The notes under the pieces were generated by a model that did not search any database, was not told where the DNA came from, and saw only the letters and a program-made list of their open reading frames with translations. DNA of 64,000 bases, taken from NCBI GenBank assembly GCA_964291265.2, contig OZ219747.1, forward strand, positions 2,496,001-2,560,000, read 5' to 3'. Positions 49,064 through 59,335 of this stretch are shown here, one piece after another (within the stretch, counting starts at the first letter, position 1; each line of letters begins with the position of its first letter). The stretch is from Alphaproteobacteria bacterium. GTDB taxonomy: Bacteria; Pseudomonadota; Alphaproteobacteria; SP197. Position numbers and translations under genes: made by a program.

Positions 49064-50007
49064 TCGGCCTGCCAACCCGCAGCCCGGCCGAACTCGAGGA
49101 CCGGCCAACCGAGGGGCAGTGGCTCGTCGACAGCCTGTGGGGCCGCGAGGCCGTCGGCATCATCGGCGGCGAACCCAAGTGCGGAAAGTCCTTCCTCGCC
49201 CTCGATCTCGCCGTCGCCGTCGCCGCCGGCGTCCCCTGCCTGCGCCGCTTCCCGGCCATGCACCCCGGACCGGTGCTCATGTTCGCCGCCGAGGACGCCG
49301 GCCACATCGTGCGACGCCGCCTCCAGGGCATCGCCGCCGCAGCCGGCGCCGACTTCGACACCCTCGACATCGCCGTCATCGACGTCCCCGCACTGCGCCT
49401 CGACCACCCAACCGACCGCCAGCGCCTGCTCGAGACCGTCGAGCGTCACGGCTCCCGCCTGCTCATCCTCGACCCCCTCGTCCGCCTGCACGGCGTCGAT
49501 GAAAACGCCGTCGCCGAGATCGCGCCGATCCTCGGCTTCCTGCGCGACGTGCAGCGACACTCCGGCGCCGCCGTGCTGCTCGTCCACCACGCACGCAAGA
49601 GCGCCGCCAGCCGGCCCGGACAGGCCCTGCGCGGAAGCAGCGAGCTGCACGCATGGGGCGACAGCAACCTCTACCTGCGGCGCCGCCACGAAACCATCCT
49701 CATGACCGTCGAACACCGCGCCGCACCCGGACTCGCCGATCTCGACATCGAACTCACCGACAGCGGCAACGGAGCCGCCCTGCAGCTGCGGCAACAGGAA
49801 CCCGACGGCGCCAGGCCGCAGCCGCCAACCCCCGAACAGCGCATCGTCCAGGTCCTCGCCGACGCCGATGCCCCGCTCTCGCTGCGCCAGGTCCGGGACC
49901 GCGTCCCAACACGGAACACGACCGTCGCCACGCTTCTAGCCAAGCTCGTCCAGGAAGGACGTGTCGCACAGGACGGTCCCGGTGCCTATCGCGTCGCCAA
50001 AGCCTGA
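49060..50007 (+). CDS. AAA_25 / RepA-like (SF4) helicase with C-terminal wHTH
   Basis: WLVDSLW, GGEPKCGKSF, FAAED, LLILDPL, VHHARK, ALRGSSEL; ATGA-coupled to the ATPase. Confidence 0.88.
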   Translation: MIGLPTRSPAELEDRPTEGQWLVDSLWGREAVGIIGGEPKCGKSFLALDLAVAVAAGVPCLRRFPAMHPGPVLMFAAEDAGHIVRRRLQGIAAAAGADFDTLDIAVIDVPALRLDHPTDRQRLLETVERHGSRLLILDPLVRLHGVDENAVAEIAPILGFLRDVQRHSGAAVLLVHHARKSAASRPGQALRGSSELHAWGDSNLYLRRRHETILMTVEHRAAPGLADLDIELTDSGNGAALQLRQQEPDGARPQPPTPEQRIVQVLADADAPLSLRQVRDRVPTRNTTVATLLAKLVQEGRVAQDGPGAYRVAKA

Positions 50008-50041
50008 CCGCAACAACCAGGCGCAAAACGCCCCGACGCCA

Positions 50042-50106
50042 GGCGGTTCCCGGTTCCCGGTTCCCGTTCACCCTGGGAGTTCAGGTGGGAACCGCCAACG
50101 GGAACC
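50042..50106. repeat. Iteron-like GGTTCCC x3 with two inverted GGGAACC copies
   Basis: GGTTCCC at 50045, 50052, 50059; GGGAACC at 50087, 50100; 10-bp IR GGCGGTTCCC/GGGAACCGCC. Confidence 0.85.
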
Positions 50107-50141
50107 ACCCCCCGTCCACCACGCAGGAGGCTCGACAGACC

Positions 50142-51005
50142 ATGATCCGGTCCTGGGACAATCAGCATCTCGATGACATCCGCAACCAGCCCCTCGAACC
50201 ACTCGCCCTGCGGCTCGGCTACCGAAGAGACCCGCGCGACCCGCGACGCTTCAAGCGCCACGGATCCGTCATCAGCGTCAACCGACAACGCTGGTTCGAC
50301 CACATCACCCAGTCCGGCGGTGGCGGCGCCATCGATCTCGTCATGCATGCACACCGCTGCAGCTTCAACGACGCCGTCGCACTCCTCACCGCACGCTCCG
50401 GCGGCAAGGGGCCGAGAACACCAACGCACTGCGAGGAAACCTGGCACGCCGTACGCCACTACCTCGCCCATGACCGCCGCCTGCCAGACCGTTGCCTGGA
50501 CGCTTGCCGACAGCACGGCCTCGTCGCCGCCGACGAACGCAGAAACGCCGTCTTCACATGCACCAACGCACGAAGAGACGTCTCCGGCGCCGAGATCGTC
50601 GGTACCGTCCCCAACGCAGACGGAAAGCAGTACAGAGCCATGGCGCGTGGATCACGCAAGGCCGCCGGCAGCTTCTGGATCCCCGTGGACCGCTCCATGC
50701 CACGCACCATCATCATCACCGAAAGCGCCATCGACGCCCTCTCCGCATGGTGCCTCAAGGAATGTCGGCAATCCGCTACCGTGATCCTGTCAACCGCCGG
50801 CATCGCTTACCGTCTCCCAACATGGGCCGAAGCCTGGACGCCAAAGCGCATCCTCGTCGCCTTCGACGCCGATCCCGTCGGAGAACAGGCCGCCGAGCGC
50901 CTCGTCAGCCAAGACCCAAGAGCTCTCCGCATGAGACCCCCAGACGGACACAAAGACTGGAACGACGTCCTCAAGGCACGAACACCAGCCTTCCCTTCCA
51001 AGTAG
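50142..51005 (+). CDS. DUF3991/Toprim primase-like protein
   Basis: AGGAGG RBS; WFDH...GGGGAIDLVMH...F.DAV; ITESAIDALS, LSTAG, VAFDADPVG, KDWNDVL. Confidence 0.88.
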   Translation: MIRSWDNQHLDDIRNQPLEPLALRLGYRRDPRDPRRFKRHGSVISVNRQRWFDHITQSGGGGAIDLVMHAHRCSFNDAVALLTARSGGKGPRTPTHCEETWHAVRHYLAHDRRLPDRCLDACRQHGLVAADERRNAVFTCTNARRDVSGAEIVGTVPNADGKQYRAMARGSRKAAGSFWIPVDRSMPRTIIITESAIDALSAWCLKECRQSATVILSTAGIAYRLPTWAEAWTPKRILVAFDADPVGEQAAERLVSQDPRALRMRPPDGHKDWNDVLKARTPAFPSK

Positions 51006-51096
51006 CCTTCAAGAACCGCAAACCAAGCGCAGCGCGAAAGCTCATGTCCACTAAATTGCCCGATCAACGCATCATCAATCTGCCTGAAGGCGCTCA

Positions 51097-52139
51097 GACG
51101 TGCCGTTGTCCGCAATCTGCATCCGCCGGCCGCAGCAGCCGCAGCGCAGAAGGCCGGCCAGAAGCGCCTTGCCGGCCCGCGGCGCCCCCCGGTTCCCCAC
51201 GGTGTTCGCCTCGATCACCCTCCGGTTCCTCTCGTACTCGTCCCAGCCGATGTAGCCCTCGTGGCGGTCGCGCAACAGAACCGACCATGCGGCCTCGGGC
51301 TTCATGATCCCTCGGCGTACCTTCCTGGTCCCGCCAGCGTCAACCGTCACCTCCTGGCGCCGGCGCCCGTACACATAGGCGCCGGCGTAGAGCGGGTTGC
51401 TGAGCATCAAGGCCAGCGTCGAGTTCTGCGGCACCCGCCACGCGATCCCGCCACCCTTGGGGTCGCGAACCGGGATCCTGATGTCGCGCTTGCGGAACCA
51501 GAGATGGACCTGACGGATGCTGCGCAGTTCGCGGAACTTCCGGAACACCAGGTCGATCGCGTCGCGCTGGTGCTGGTCCGGCGTCTTCTCGATGCCGTGA
51601 CGGTCGACCTTCTCGAAGCCGGCCGGCAGGTGCAGGAACAACTCCCCGCGCTCGGCCAGCGCCTGGCGGCTCTCCAGGGACCGCTGGCGGAACACCGCAA
51701 GCTCCATGTCCGCAAACTGGCCCTTGAGACCCAGAAAGGCCCGGTCGTCGACCATCGCCGGATCGTGGATCCGCTCGCGGTCGCCGACCAGGCAGCCGAC
51801 GACGGCGCAGATCTCCAGAAGCGCGTGCCAGTCCCGACCATTGCGCGCCAGACGCGAGGCCTCAAGGGCCAGGACAAGGCCGACCGTGCCGCTGCACACG
51901 GCCTGCAGAAGGCGCTCGAAGCCCGGACGCCTCACCCCGCCGCCCGAAACGCCAAGATCGTCGTCGATCACCTCGACCTTCGCAAAGCCCAGCCCCCGGG
52001 CATGATCCTCGAGGGCGTACTGCAGCTTGCGCCGCTCGACGTGGTTGCGCACCTGCATCTCGCTCGACTGACGGATGTACACGATCGCCGAGCGCGCCAG
52101 GTGGCCGGCGGTCAGCCGCGCGTCACGCATCACCGTCAT
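51097..52139 (-). pseudogene. Large serine recombinase, N-terminal part (684 aa when rejoined)
   Basis: AIVYIRQSS, VIDDDLGVSG, RPGFERL, EASRLARN, LSNPLYAGAYVYG, HEGYI, LLAGLLRCGCCGRRM. Confidence 0.93.
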
Positions 52140-52211
52140 CGCCCGCCCCCTCCCGCAACGCCGCCATCACATGTTCGATCAGCGCCGCGACTGCCGGCTG
52201 CAGGGCCCGCC

Positions 52212-52595
52212 TCAGGTGCGGCCTGTGCCAGGCCAGTGGCGTCTCCTGGAACAGGTCCGTCCGGAACACCAGCGAGATTGTCCTTCATCGAGTTCCTCCT
52301 CTGTCTTCCGCAAGGAACCCAGGAAGGATGTCGCGAGATCATGCAGGTCCGCCAGCGCCTCCAGGGACAGCCTCGGTGCCGCGCGAAGCTCGTAGCGCGC
52401 GGACTCCGGCGACGTCATCCATTCCGCAATCCGGTGCCGCGTACCCTGGGAATCAACGACTACGAGAACCGGACGACCGTGAAGCGACCGCCTCACCCGG
52501 CATGTCACGCGCTGCCCGGCCAGAGGATGAAAGCGGTAATGCACCGTGATCTCCGCGCCAGGCGCAATGTGGGGATTCGCCAGGTAGCCAGCCAT
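52212..52595 (-). CDS. Small hypothetical protein upstream of the LSR (VHYRFHPLAG motif)
   Basis: ITVHYRFHPLAGQ...IAEWMT...PRLSLEALADL; the ATG overlaps the att core. Confidence 0.6.
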   Translation of the reverse strand: MAGYLANPHIAPGAEITVHYRFHPLAGQRVTCRVRRSLHGRPVLVVVDSQGTRHRIAEWMTSPESARYELRAAPRLSLEALADLHDLATSFLGSLRKTEEELDEGQSRWCSGRTCSRRRHWPGTGRT

Positions 52596-52600
52596 CCGTC

Positions 52601-54341
52601 TGTGTACGTTATCTTGCGTCGCGGGTCCTGGGCATGGCGGCCCGGCGCTTAGGTGGTGACTTTGCGGCGGCCTATGGCATCCGTCCGGTTCTGGCCCTTG
52701 ACCTTTGTCGCGCCGGAGTATCGGGGCAGTTGCTTCCTGGCGGCCGGCTGGCGCTGTGTCGGTGAGACCACCGGGCGCCGGCTTCGTGACGGCGTGGCGG
52801 AACCGGCGAAGCGCATCCTTCTGCTGCCTCTGGCCTCGGACTGGGACACCTGCCTGGAGGCGCGGCGCGTCCTGGCGCCCGGGGACGGCCTTGACAGCGC
52901 GGCTTGGGCAGAGAACGAATTCGGCGCCGCGCCCTCAGGAGACGCCCGCCTGACGCAGCGGCTTGTGCGCAGTGCCGAGGTTCAGGCCCGGTCACCGACG
53001 AAGACATTCTTCGCTGCGGCGGCTGGCTGCGGAGCGACGGTGAAGGGATACGACAGGATGATCGAGCATCCGGACTACGACGCGGTCTGTGCGTCCACCA
53101 TCATCGGGGGGCATCGCGAACGGACCCTGCGGCGGATGCAGGGCCAGGCGCTGTCGCTTCTGGTGCAGGACGGCACGGACCTCAACTTCGCGACCCGCCA
53201 GGGTTGCGAAGGCCTCGGGATGATCGGCCGCAACACGGGGTCTTCGGGGACGTCGGGCCTGCACCTGCACACGACCTTTGCCGTGAGCGGCGACGGGGTT
53301 CCCCTCGGCGTTGTCAACCTTGAGTTCGACGCCCCGGACGGCGGGGACGACCGGGATCGTCCGGTGGAGGAGCGCAAGACCGGACGGTGGCTGCGCGGCC
53401 TTCGCCACAGCATCGCGGCGGCGAAGGAACTGGACGGGGTGAAGGCCGTGGCGGTGATGGACCGCGAAGGGGACGCGTTCGATGTGCTCCACGAACACCG
53501 TGCGGCGGGCTGCCGCCGTCTGGCGCTGCTGGTGCGGGCGCGTCATGACCGCAGCTTCGGCCGCGGCCGGCCCAAGCTGTTCGAGCGTGTGCGCACGGCG
53601 CCGGAAGGCGGACAGTTCTCCCTCACGGTGGAGCGGCTGTCGGGGCGACGTTCGACAGGGGCGCAGAAGGCCTCCGTCGGGCGGGCGAGGCGCCAGGCGC
53701 AGGTGAGCCTGCGCTGGCTGACACTCGAGATCCCGCCGCCTGCACACACAAGGGCGCGCTTCGGAGCGCAGCCGGTGGTGCTGACCGCGATCCATGCCGG
53801 GGAGGTGGACAGGCCCGACGACGGGTCACAACCGGTGTCGTGGACCCTGCTCACGACCCTGCCTGTCACGAGCCTGCACCAAGCCCGCGAGGTGGTGCGG
53901 TTCTACGGGTTGAGGTGGTGGATCGAGGACTGGCACAGGATCCTCAAGTCGGGCTGCAAGGTGGAGACGATCGCGCATCGAACCGGGGGACGCATCGAAC
54001 GGGCCGTGGCCATCAACGCGGTGATTGCCTGGCGCATCGCCGCTCTCACCCACCTGGCGCGAACGGAACCGGAGCTTCCGGCAAGGACCGCATTCACCGA
54101 CATCGAACTGGCGCTGCTGAAAGACTTCGCGCATGTCCGCAAGCTGCCGCCGCCTGAGGATCTCTCAGCGGCATTCCGCCTCGTGGCGACGATGGGCGGA
54201 GACCTGAACCGCAGCAAGGACGGCCCGCCCGGCGCGGAGATCACCTGGAACGGCCAGGCTGCGCTGTCGTTCACGGCGTGGATGCTGGGTCACAGTGTCG
54301 ATGCCGGGGACGACAGCGCCGTGCGGCAACACATCAGCTAG
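52601..54341 (+). pseudogene. 3' part of the DUF4338-IS4 (Tn5-like) transposase
   Basis: LASRVLG, GSCFLAAGWRCVGET, WAENEFG...GDARL, VQDGTDLN, VMDREGD, WTLLTT, IEDWHRILKSGC. Confidence 0.9.
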
Positions 54342-54369
54342 CCAGACGGTATTTGTGGGCAATGGGCAG

Positions 54370-54505
54370 CCCACGGCCTCGGCGAACCGATTGCCGTGTG
54401 ATAGTTCGAATCCGCGTAAGCCATCGGCAGGTCCCATTGTTCCGCTGCCAAGGTCGGGACGGCCGAGAGCATCGACAACGCGGCGACCCCGATCGACAAA
54501 CGCAT
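54370..54505 (-). pseudogene. dctP: 5' part of dctP (signal peptide and N-terminus)
   Basis: MRLSIGVAALSMLSAVPTLAAEQWDLPMAYADSNYHT, then a frameshift to RFAEAVG. Confidence 0.85.
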
Positions 54506-54827
54506 GGTCCTGTCTCCCATCCATGAGGTCCGCACCGTCGCGGCAAACGATCCGGTCAACGCAAGCGCGAGTCAACCTGCTGGCCATCCCCGGTGACCCG
54601 TGAAATCGACGTCATCGGCTCGCGGTACGCCATCGGCAGCGTTCCACCGACGGCCCGGGAAGCGACCGACGCCATTGACGGTCCCAACTCGCCAACGCTC
54701 GCAAAGACGATCTTCCGCAGGTCTCTCTCGTCGTGGTATAGGATTGCCCCGACGTGCTGCATGGGCAGCACATGATTCAACCACAAGTCGCAGCCAGGTC
54801 AGTCAGGATGACCGGAGGATCCTCGTG

Positions 54828-56300
54828 ATGCGTGTCGAATTTGCCCCGTCCATTCCCGATGATACCGATACCATCGTCGTGGCGACCCAGGAGGATGGTC
54901 AGCTCTTTGCCTCGGCGGAAGCCATTGACCGTGCCTCCGGCGGAGCCATCACCCGCGCCATGGAGGTCTCGGCGCGGTTTTCCGGCAAGAAGGGCCAGAT
55001 CCTCGACATCGTCGCCCCGGAGACCATGGATGCCAGTCACATCGTCGTGGTCGGCACCGGTGACTACGCGACCTTCACCCCCCTTGATCGCCAGAACCTC
55101 GGTGGTGGCGCCTACCGCCATCTCGACAGGCTGGGGGCGCGAAACGTCGCCATTCCGTCAGGACACCCCCTGAACGTCTGCGAGTTCGTTCACGGCATGA
55201 CGTTGCGCAGCTATCGCTTCGACAGCTACCGCACGGTGGTGAAGGAGGAGGCCAGACCGACCGTCGAGAGGGTCACCGTGGTTACCCAAGACGCCGTGGC
55301 GAGCGAGGAGAAGGCGACGCGCCTGAAGTGCGTGGCCGACGGCGTCTTCCTGACCCGGGATCTAGTGAGCGAACCGGCCAACACGCTTCATCCCGAAGAG
55401 TTTGCCCGCCGTGCCACGGCGTTGCGAGATCTTGGCGTCAGCGTCACCGTTCTTGGCGAGGACGAGATGGCGGAACTCGGCATGGGGGCGCTCCTCGGTG
55501 TCGGTCAGGGCAGCGAGCGCGAGAGCCAGCTGGTTGTCATGAGGTGGAAGGGAGCCGGCGACGATGATCCGTGGCTCGCCGTGGTCGGCAAGGGCGTGTG
55601 TTTCGACACCGGCGGCATTTCGCTCAAGCCCGGCGCCGGTATGGAGGACATGAAGTTCGACATGGCCGGAGCGGGCTGCGTCACCGGGCTCATGCATGCA
55701 CTGGCCTCGCGCGGGGCCCGCGCCAACGTTGCCGGTGTCATCGGCTGCGTCGAGAACATGCCTTCCCACAACGCGCAGCGCCCTGGCGATGTGGTGAAGA
55801 CCATGTCGGGCCAGACCATAGAGGTGATCAACACCGACGCCGAGGGGCGTCTCGTGCTTGCCGATGCGCTCTACTGGACCGTGCAGAACATCAAGCCGGA
55901 CCAGGTGATCGACCTGGCGACGCTGACCGGCGCCATCATCATCGCCCTCGGCACCTACCGGGCGGGATTGTTCAGCAACGATGACGATCTCGCAAGGGCC
56001 CTGGAGGCCGCCGGCCAGGCGACCGGTGAGGAACTGTGGCGCATGCCGCTTGGCGAGCGTTACAGCGAGGACATCAATTCGCACATCGCCGACATGAAGA
56101 ATGTCGGCAAGAAGCGCGAGGCGGGGTCCACCGCCGGGGCGGTACTTCTCCAGAGATTCGTCGGCGACACCCCCTGGGCCCATCTCGACATCGCCGGCAC
56201 GGCGTGGGCCCATTCGGACGAGGCTCTGACGCCGCGGGGAGCCACCGGATTCGGCGTCCGCCTGCTCGACCGCTTCGTTGCCGACACCAGGGAAACATGA
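54828..56300 (+). CDS. pepA: Leucyl aminopeptidase
   Basis: VGKGVCFDTGGISLKP, MKFDMAG, NTDAEGRLVLAD, DLATLTGA, WAHLDIAG; GGAGG RBS. Confidence 0.97.
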   Translation: MRVEFAPSIPDDTDTIVVATQEDGQLFASAEAIDRASGGAITRAMEVSARFSGKKGQILDIVAPETMDASHIVVVGTGDYATFTPLDRQNLGGGAYRHLDRLGARNVAIPSGHPLNVCEFVHGMTLRSYRFDSYRTVVKEEARPTVERVTVVTQDAVASEEKATRLKCVADGVFLTRDLVSEPANTLHPEEFARRATALRDLGVSVTVLGEDEMAELGMGALLGVGQGSERESQLVVMRWKGAGDDDPWLAVVGKGVCFDTGGISLKPGAGMEDMKFDMAGAGCVTGLMHALASRGARANVAGVIGCVENMPSHNAQRPGDVVKTMSGQTIEVINTDAEGRLVLADALYWTVQNIKPDQVIDLATLTGAIIIALGTYRAGLFSNDDDLARALEAAGQATGEELWRMPLGERYSEDINSHIADMKNVGKKREAGSTAGAVLLQRFVGDTPWAHLDIAGTAWAHSDEALTPRGATGFGVRLLDRFVADTRET

Positions 56301-56761
56301 CCCGGGTCGACTTCTATCACCTGCTCTCGTCCCCTCTCGAGACCGCACTTCCCCAGCTCCTGGAGAAGGCGCTGGAGAAAGACATGCGGGCCGTCGTGAT
56401 GACGGTCTCGCGTGAACGGGCCGTCCACCTCGACAGCGCCCTGTGGACCTATAGGAACGAGAGTTTCCTGCCCCATGGCTGTGTCGGGCAGGCCCGGAAT
56501 GCGGAACATCAGCCTGTCTGGATTACCGACACCGACGAAAACCCGAACGACGCCAACCTCCTGGTGCTGGTCGATCGTGCCGATTGCGCCGATGTCAACG
56601 TCTTCGAGCGTGTTGTCGACATGTTTGATGGCCATGATAGCGAGGCCGTCGCCGCGGCGCGCCGCCGCTGGAAGGCGCGCCGCGATGCCGGACACGTCCT
56701 GAATTACTGGAAGCAGACGCCGCGAGGGATGTGGGAGAAAAAGGCGTCGACCGCCGCGTGA
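56297..56761 (+). CDS. holC: DNA polymerase III chi subunit
   Basis: MTRVDFYHL...LPQLLEK, LD.ALWTY..ESFLPHG, AARRRWK, YWKQ; follows pepA. Confidence 0.95.
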   Translation: MTRVDFYHLLSSPLETALPQLLEKALEKDMRAVVMTVSRERAVHLDSALWTYRNESFLPHGCVGQARNAEHQPVWITDTDENPNDANLLVLVDRADCADVNVFERVVDMFDGHDSEAVAAARRRWKARRDAGHVLNYWKQTPRGMWEKKASTAA

Positions 56762-56765
56762 CACG

Positions 56766-57173
56766 ATGGCGCGAATCGTTCCCTGGGATGTGGATCGGCT
56801 GGCCCTGGCCGGCGGACATGCTCCGGAACTGGCGACGCTGGAACGTCTGCGGCGCGACCTCGGTCCGGACCTGACCGTCTTCCACTCCGTCCACTGGACG
56901 CGTGAGTCGGGTGATCGAACATCCTGGGGCGAAGCCGACTTCATCATCGTCAACCGCGCCGGCAGGATTCTCGTGATCGAACAGAAGAACGGTTCCCTGG
57001 ATGAGACGGCCGCCGGACTTGTCAAGCGGTACCGTGACGGCGCATCCGACCCCGTCTTCCAGGTGCGGCGCTCGGTCGACAACATCAAGGGCAAGTTCCG
57101 CAGGGTGCACGGGCGCGAGGCCGCTCTTGCACAAACGGTGGGCGTACCGCCGCGCCGCTCTGCGTCCTCATGA
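56766..57173 (+). pseudogene. NERD nuclease-domain protein, apparently C-terminally truncated
   Basis: VFHSVHW...GEADFIIV...LVIEQKNG...DPVFQ; plausible sequence ends shortly before the IS1634. Confidence 0.7.
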
Positions 57174-57382
57174 CATCAGACTGTCGTCCACAGCCCTCCA
57201 GAACCCCATGCCAGGGCGACCGCACGCGTCCCGCAGGCCCGACATCCTTCGTCATATAAGGCCGAACATCACGCTCCGACGTCGGACAACACGCATCCTC
57301 GCGCGTCCGTAAACAACACCTCCTTCACACTTTCTGCATGTCGACACCGGGGCGGCGCGGCCTTCGTCCAAACCCGCTTAGT

Positions 57383-59332
57383 CCGAAGTTCCAGAACCGA
57401 TCAGACGTATCGTTATGAATGTATTGACGTTTGAAAAAATCGGGTGTGTCGCTACTGGGAACGCTGCAGGCGTATGCCGAGGTAGTCCAGGGCCTTTTTC
57501 TGGAGCGGCGTGGGCCGCGTGGTGACCTGGAAGGGTTGGGCGCCCGCAAGGCGGGGCGCCACGGTGTTGCGGGTGATGGTCGCGAGATCATCGAGGAGGG
57601 TGCGGAAACTGTGCACCGGATCACCCCCGGGCGTCCTCTTCGTTGCCGCCTTGGCCCGGGCGCTCGCCGAGACTTCTGCCGGCGCCACGACGGACGGCCG
57701 CCGGGCCTCGGCGCCTTCGGCATCCTCGTCGTCGAACAGCATGGGCTTCAGTTTCTGGCGCATGTGCCATTCCACGTAGTAGGCGAGCATGCACAGGAAG
57801 ACATGGGCGCGGACCCGGGGTTCGGTGCGGTGGTAGACGGGACGGACCTTCAGATCCACGGTCTTCAGGCTGCGGAAGGCCCGTTCCACCGAACTCAACC
57901 GCTTGTAGGCGCGCACCGTGCCGGGACCGTCGAGTGCGCTTTGCGGCAGGCTGGTGCGGATCACGCAGAGGCCGTCGAGCCTGGCCTCGGCGGCGATGGC
58001 AGCCTCATCGCGCCCATAGGTGAAGACACCGTCGTCGTCGATGGACCACGTGAAGTGCTTCGCCATCTTGTACTTGCCGATGACCTTGCCGACCCGCTCC
58101 CCGATCTTGTCGGCACCCTTGAGACGGCGCTTGTCGCGCCGTGTCGCTGCTGCGATCGGTTCAAGCAGGGCCTCGGTGGCCTCGAGCAGTTCCTGGCGCT
58201 TGCGGGCCCGGTCCTCGGCCAGCAGGGGGTTGCGGCAGACCATGAGGCGTTCGCCGGGATACGCATCGCTGGTGATCTCCACCAGGTCCCTCTCGTCGAA
58301 GAGCGACATCTCGACGTCGCCGGCCTCCACAAGGGCGCGGATGGCCGGTCCCCTCAAGGCGCTGATCCAGTCCAGGCCCGCAGGCTTCACCTCCTCGCGT
58401 ATGCGCGCCTCGGTCAGCATCCCCCGGTCTCCCACCAGCACCACCTTCGCCAGGGAGAAGCGCTCCTGCAGCGTGGTGATCTGTGATGCCACCGTCCCGG
58501 GGTCCGCCGTGTTGCCGGGGAACACTTCCACCGACACTGGACAGCCGTCCCGATCGCACAGAAGGCCGAACTCGATCTGCAGCTTGCCCTTCTTGCCATC
58601 CCGGGAATGACCCCTCCTGGCCAGGGGACACGCTCTCCCCTCCATCCATACCGAGGTCAGGTCATAGAGCACCAGGCAGCCCTCTTCGAGGCGCCGCTTC
58701 GCCAGGGACCGCTCGATCCTCTCCTGACGCTCCAGGAGCCAGTCCATGGCGCCATAGAGGGCGTCCTCGTCCATCTCCGCATCGAGGACCTCGCCCAGGG
58801 TGCTGACCGCCGTGGCCTCGGCCAGCCCCCTGGCCGTGGCCAGCTTCGAGGCGGGCTCGAGGATGCGTGCCACGATCATGGCCAGGACCTGATCGCGCTC
58901 AGGCGAGGGCTTCGGGTCGATCAACCTGTCCAGTCCCAGCTTCTTCAGGGTTCCCAGCACTGCGGCGACATGCCCATGGGGTAGGGAGCGGACGATGTCG
59001 AAGGCGTCGTCACGACCGACGAGGGGTTCGTTCTTCAAGAACCGCCGCAGGGTCTCGACCTTTTCCATGGGCCAGGAGGAGAGATTGGCGATGGTGCGCT
59101 TCTTGACCTTGCCGTTCTCGCGCCATCCCTCTCGCAGGAGGACGGCGGGGGGTGAGTTACGGTTGGGGACGATGTCTACGTACATGGCAACGTATATGGG
59201 GGCGTAAGCCCACCGTGTCAAGGGAAAACTTCGCCGTTACATGGGAACCTTCTCGCGCCATCATCGCGCTATTTTGCCAACACAATCAACCGGTTATCGT
59301 GACTCTGCCGCTGAAATCGTCCGGAACTTCGG
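57383..59332 (-). mobile_element. IS1634-family element, copy 2 (transposase 57452-59185)
   Basis: Near-identical to copy 1, with the same 1950-bp length; flanks CTTAGT/TTTAGG do not fully match. Confidence 0.95.
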
Positions 59333-59335
59333 TTT

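Larger units (their letters stand above)
40588..51096 (+). mobile_element. Mu/Tn7-like DDE transposon carrying helicase and primase genes (~5.2 kb native)
   Basis: 5-bp TSD GACGT at 40583-40587 and 51097-51101; imperfect ends TAAGCG.../TGAGCG...; removal restores the LSR frame DNGTSHRYQC. Confidence 0.88.
38782..52600 (-). mobile_element. Large serine recombinase integrative element (~3.3 kb native)
   Basis: 7-bp core ATCCGTC at 38775-38781 and 52594-52600 flanks the insert in the DUF4338 reading frame; encodes a split LSR and small ORFs. Confidence 0.85.
36036..54369 (+). mobile_element. DUF4338-IS4 (IS50 group) element, ~2.4 kb native, expanded to 18.3 kb by nested insertions
   Basis: TIRs CTGCCCATCGGACACA / CTGCCCATTGCCCACA; 8-bp TSD CCCACGGC at 36028-36035 and 54370-54377. 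Confidence 0.92.

Noticed and set aside
40588-51096. Prophage, satellite or ICE
   Set aside because: No structural, packaging, tyrosine integrase, relaxase or T4SS genes; the boundaries are transposon-type.
54556-54786. 76-aa ORF upstream of dctP
   Set aside because: No motif or clear RBS; it occupies the divergent dctP/pepA promoter region.
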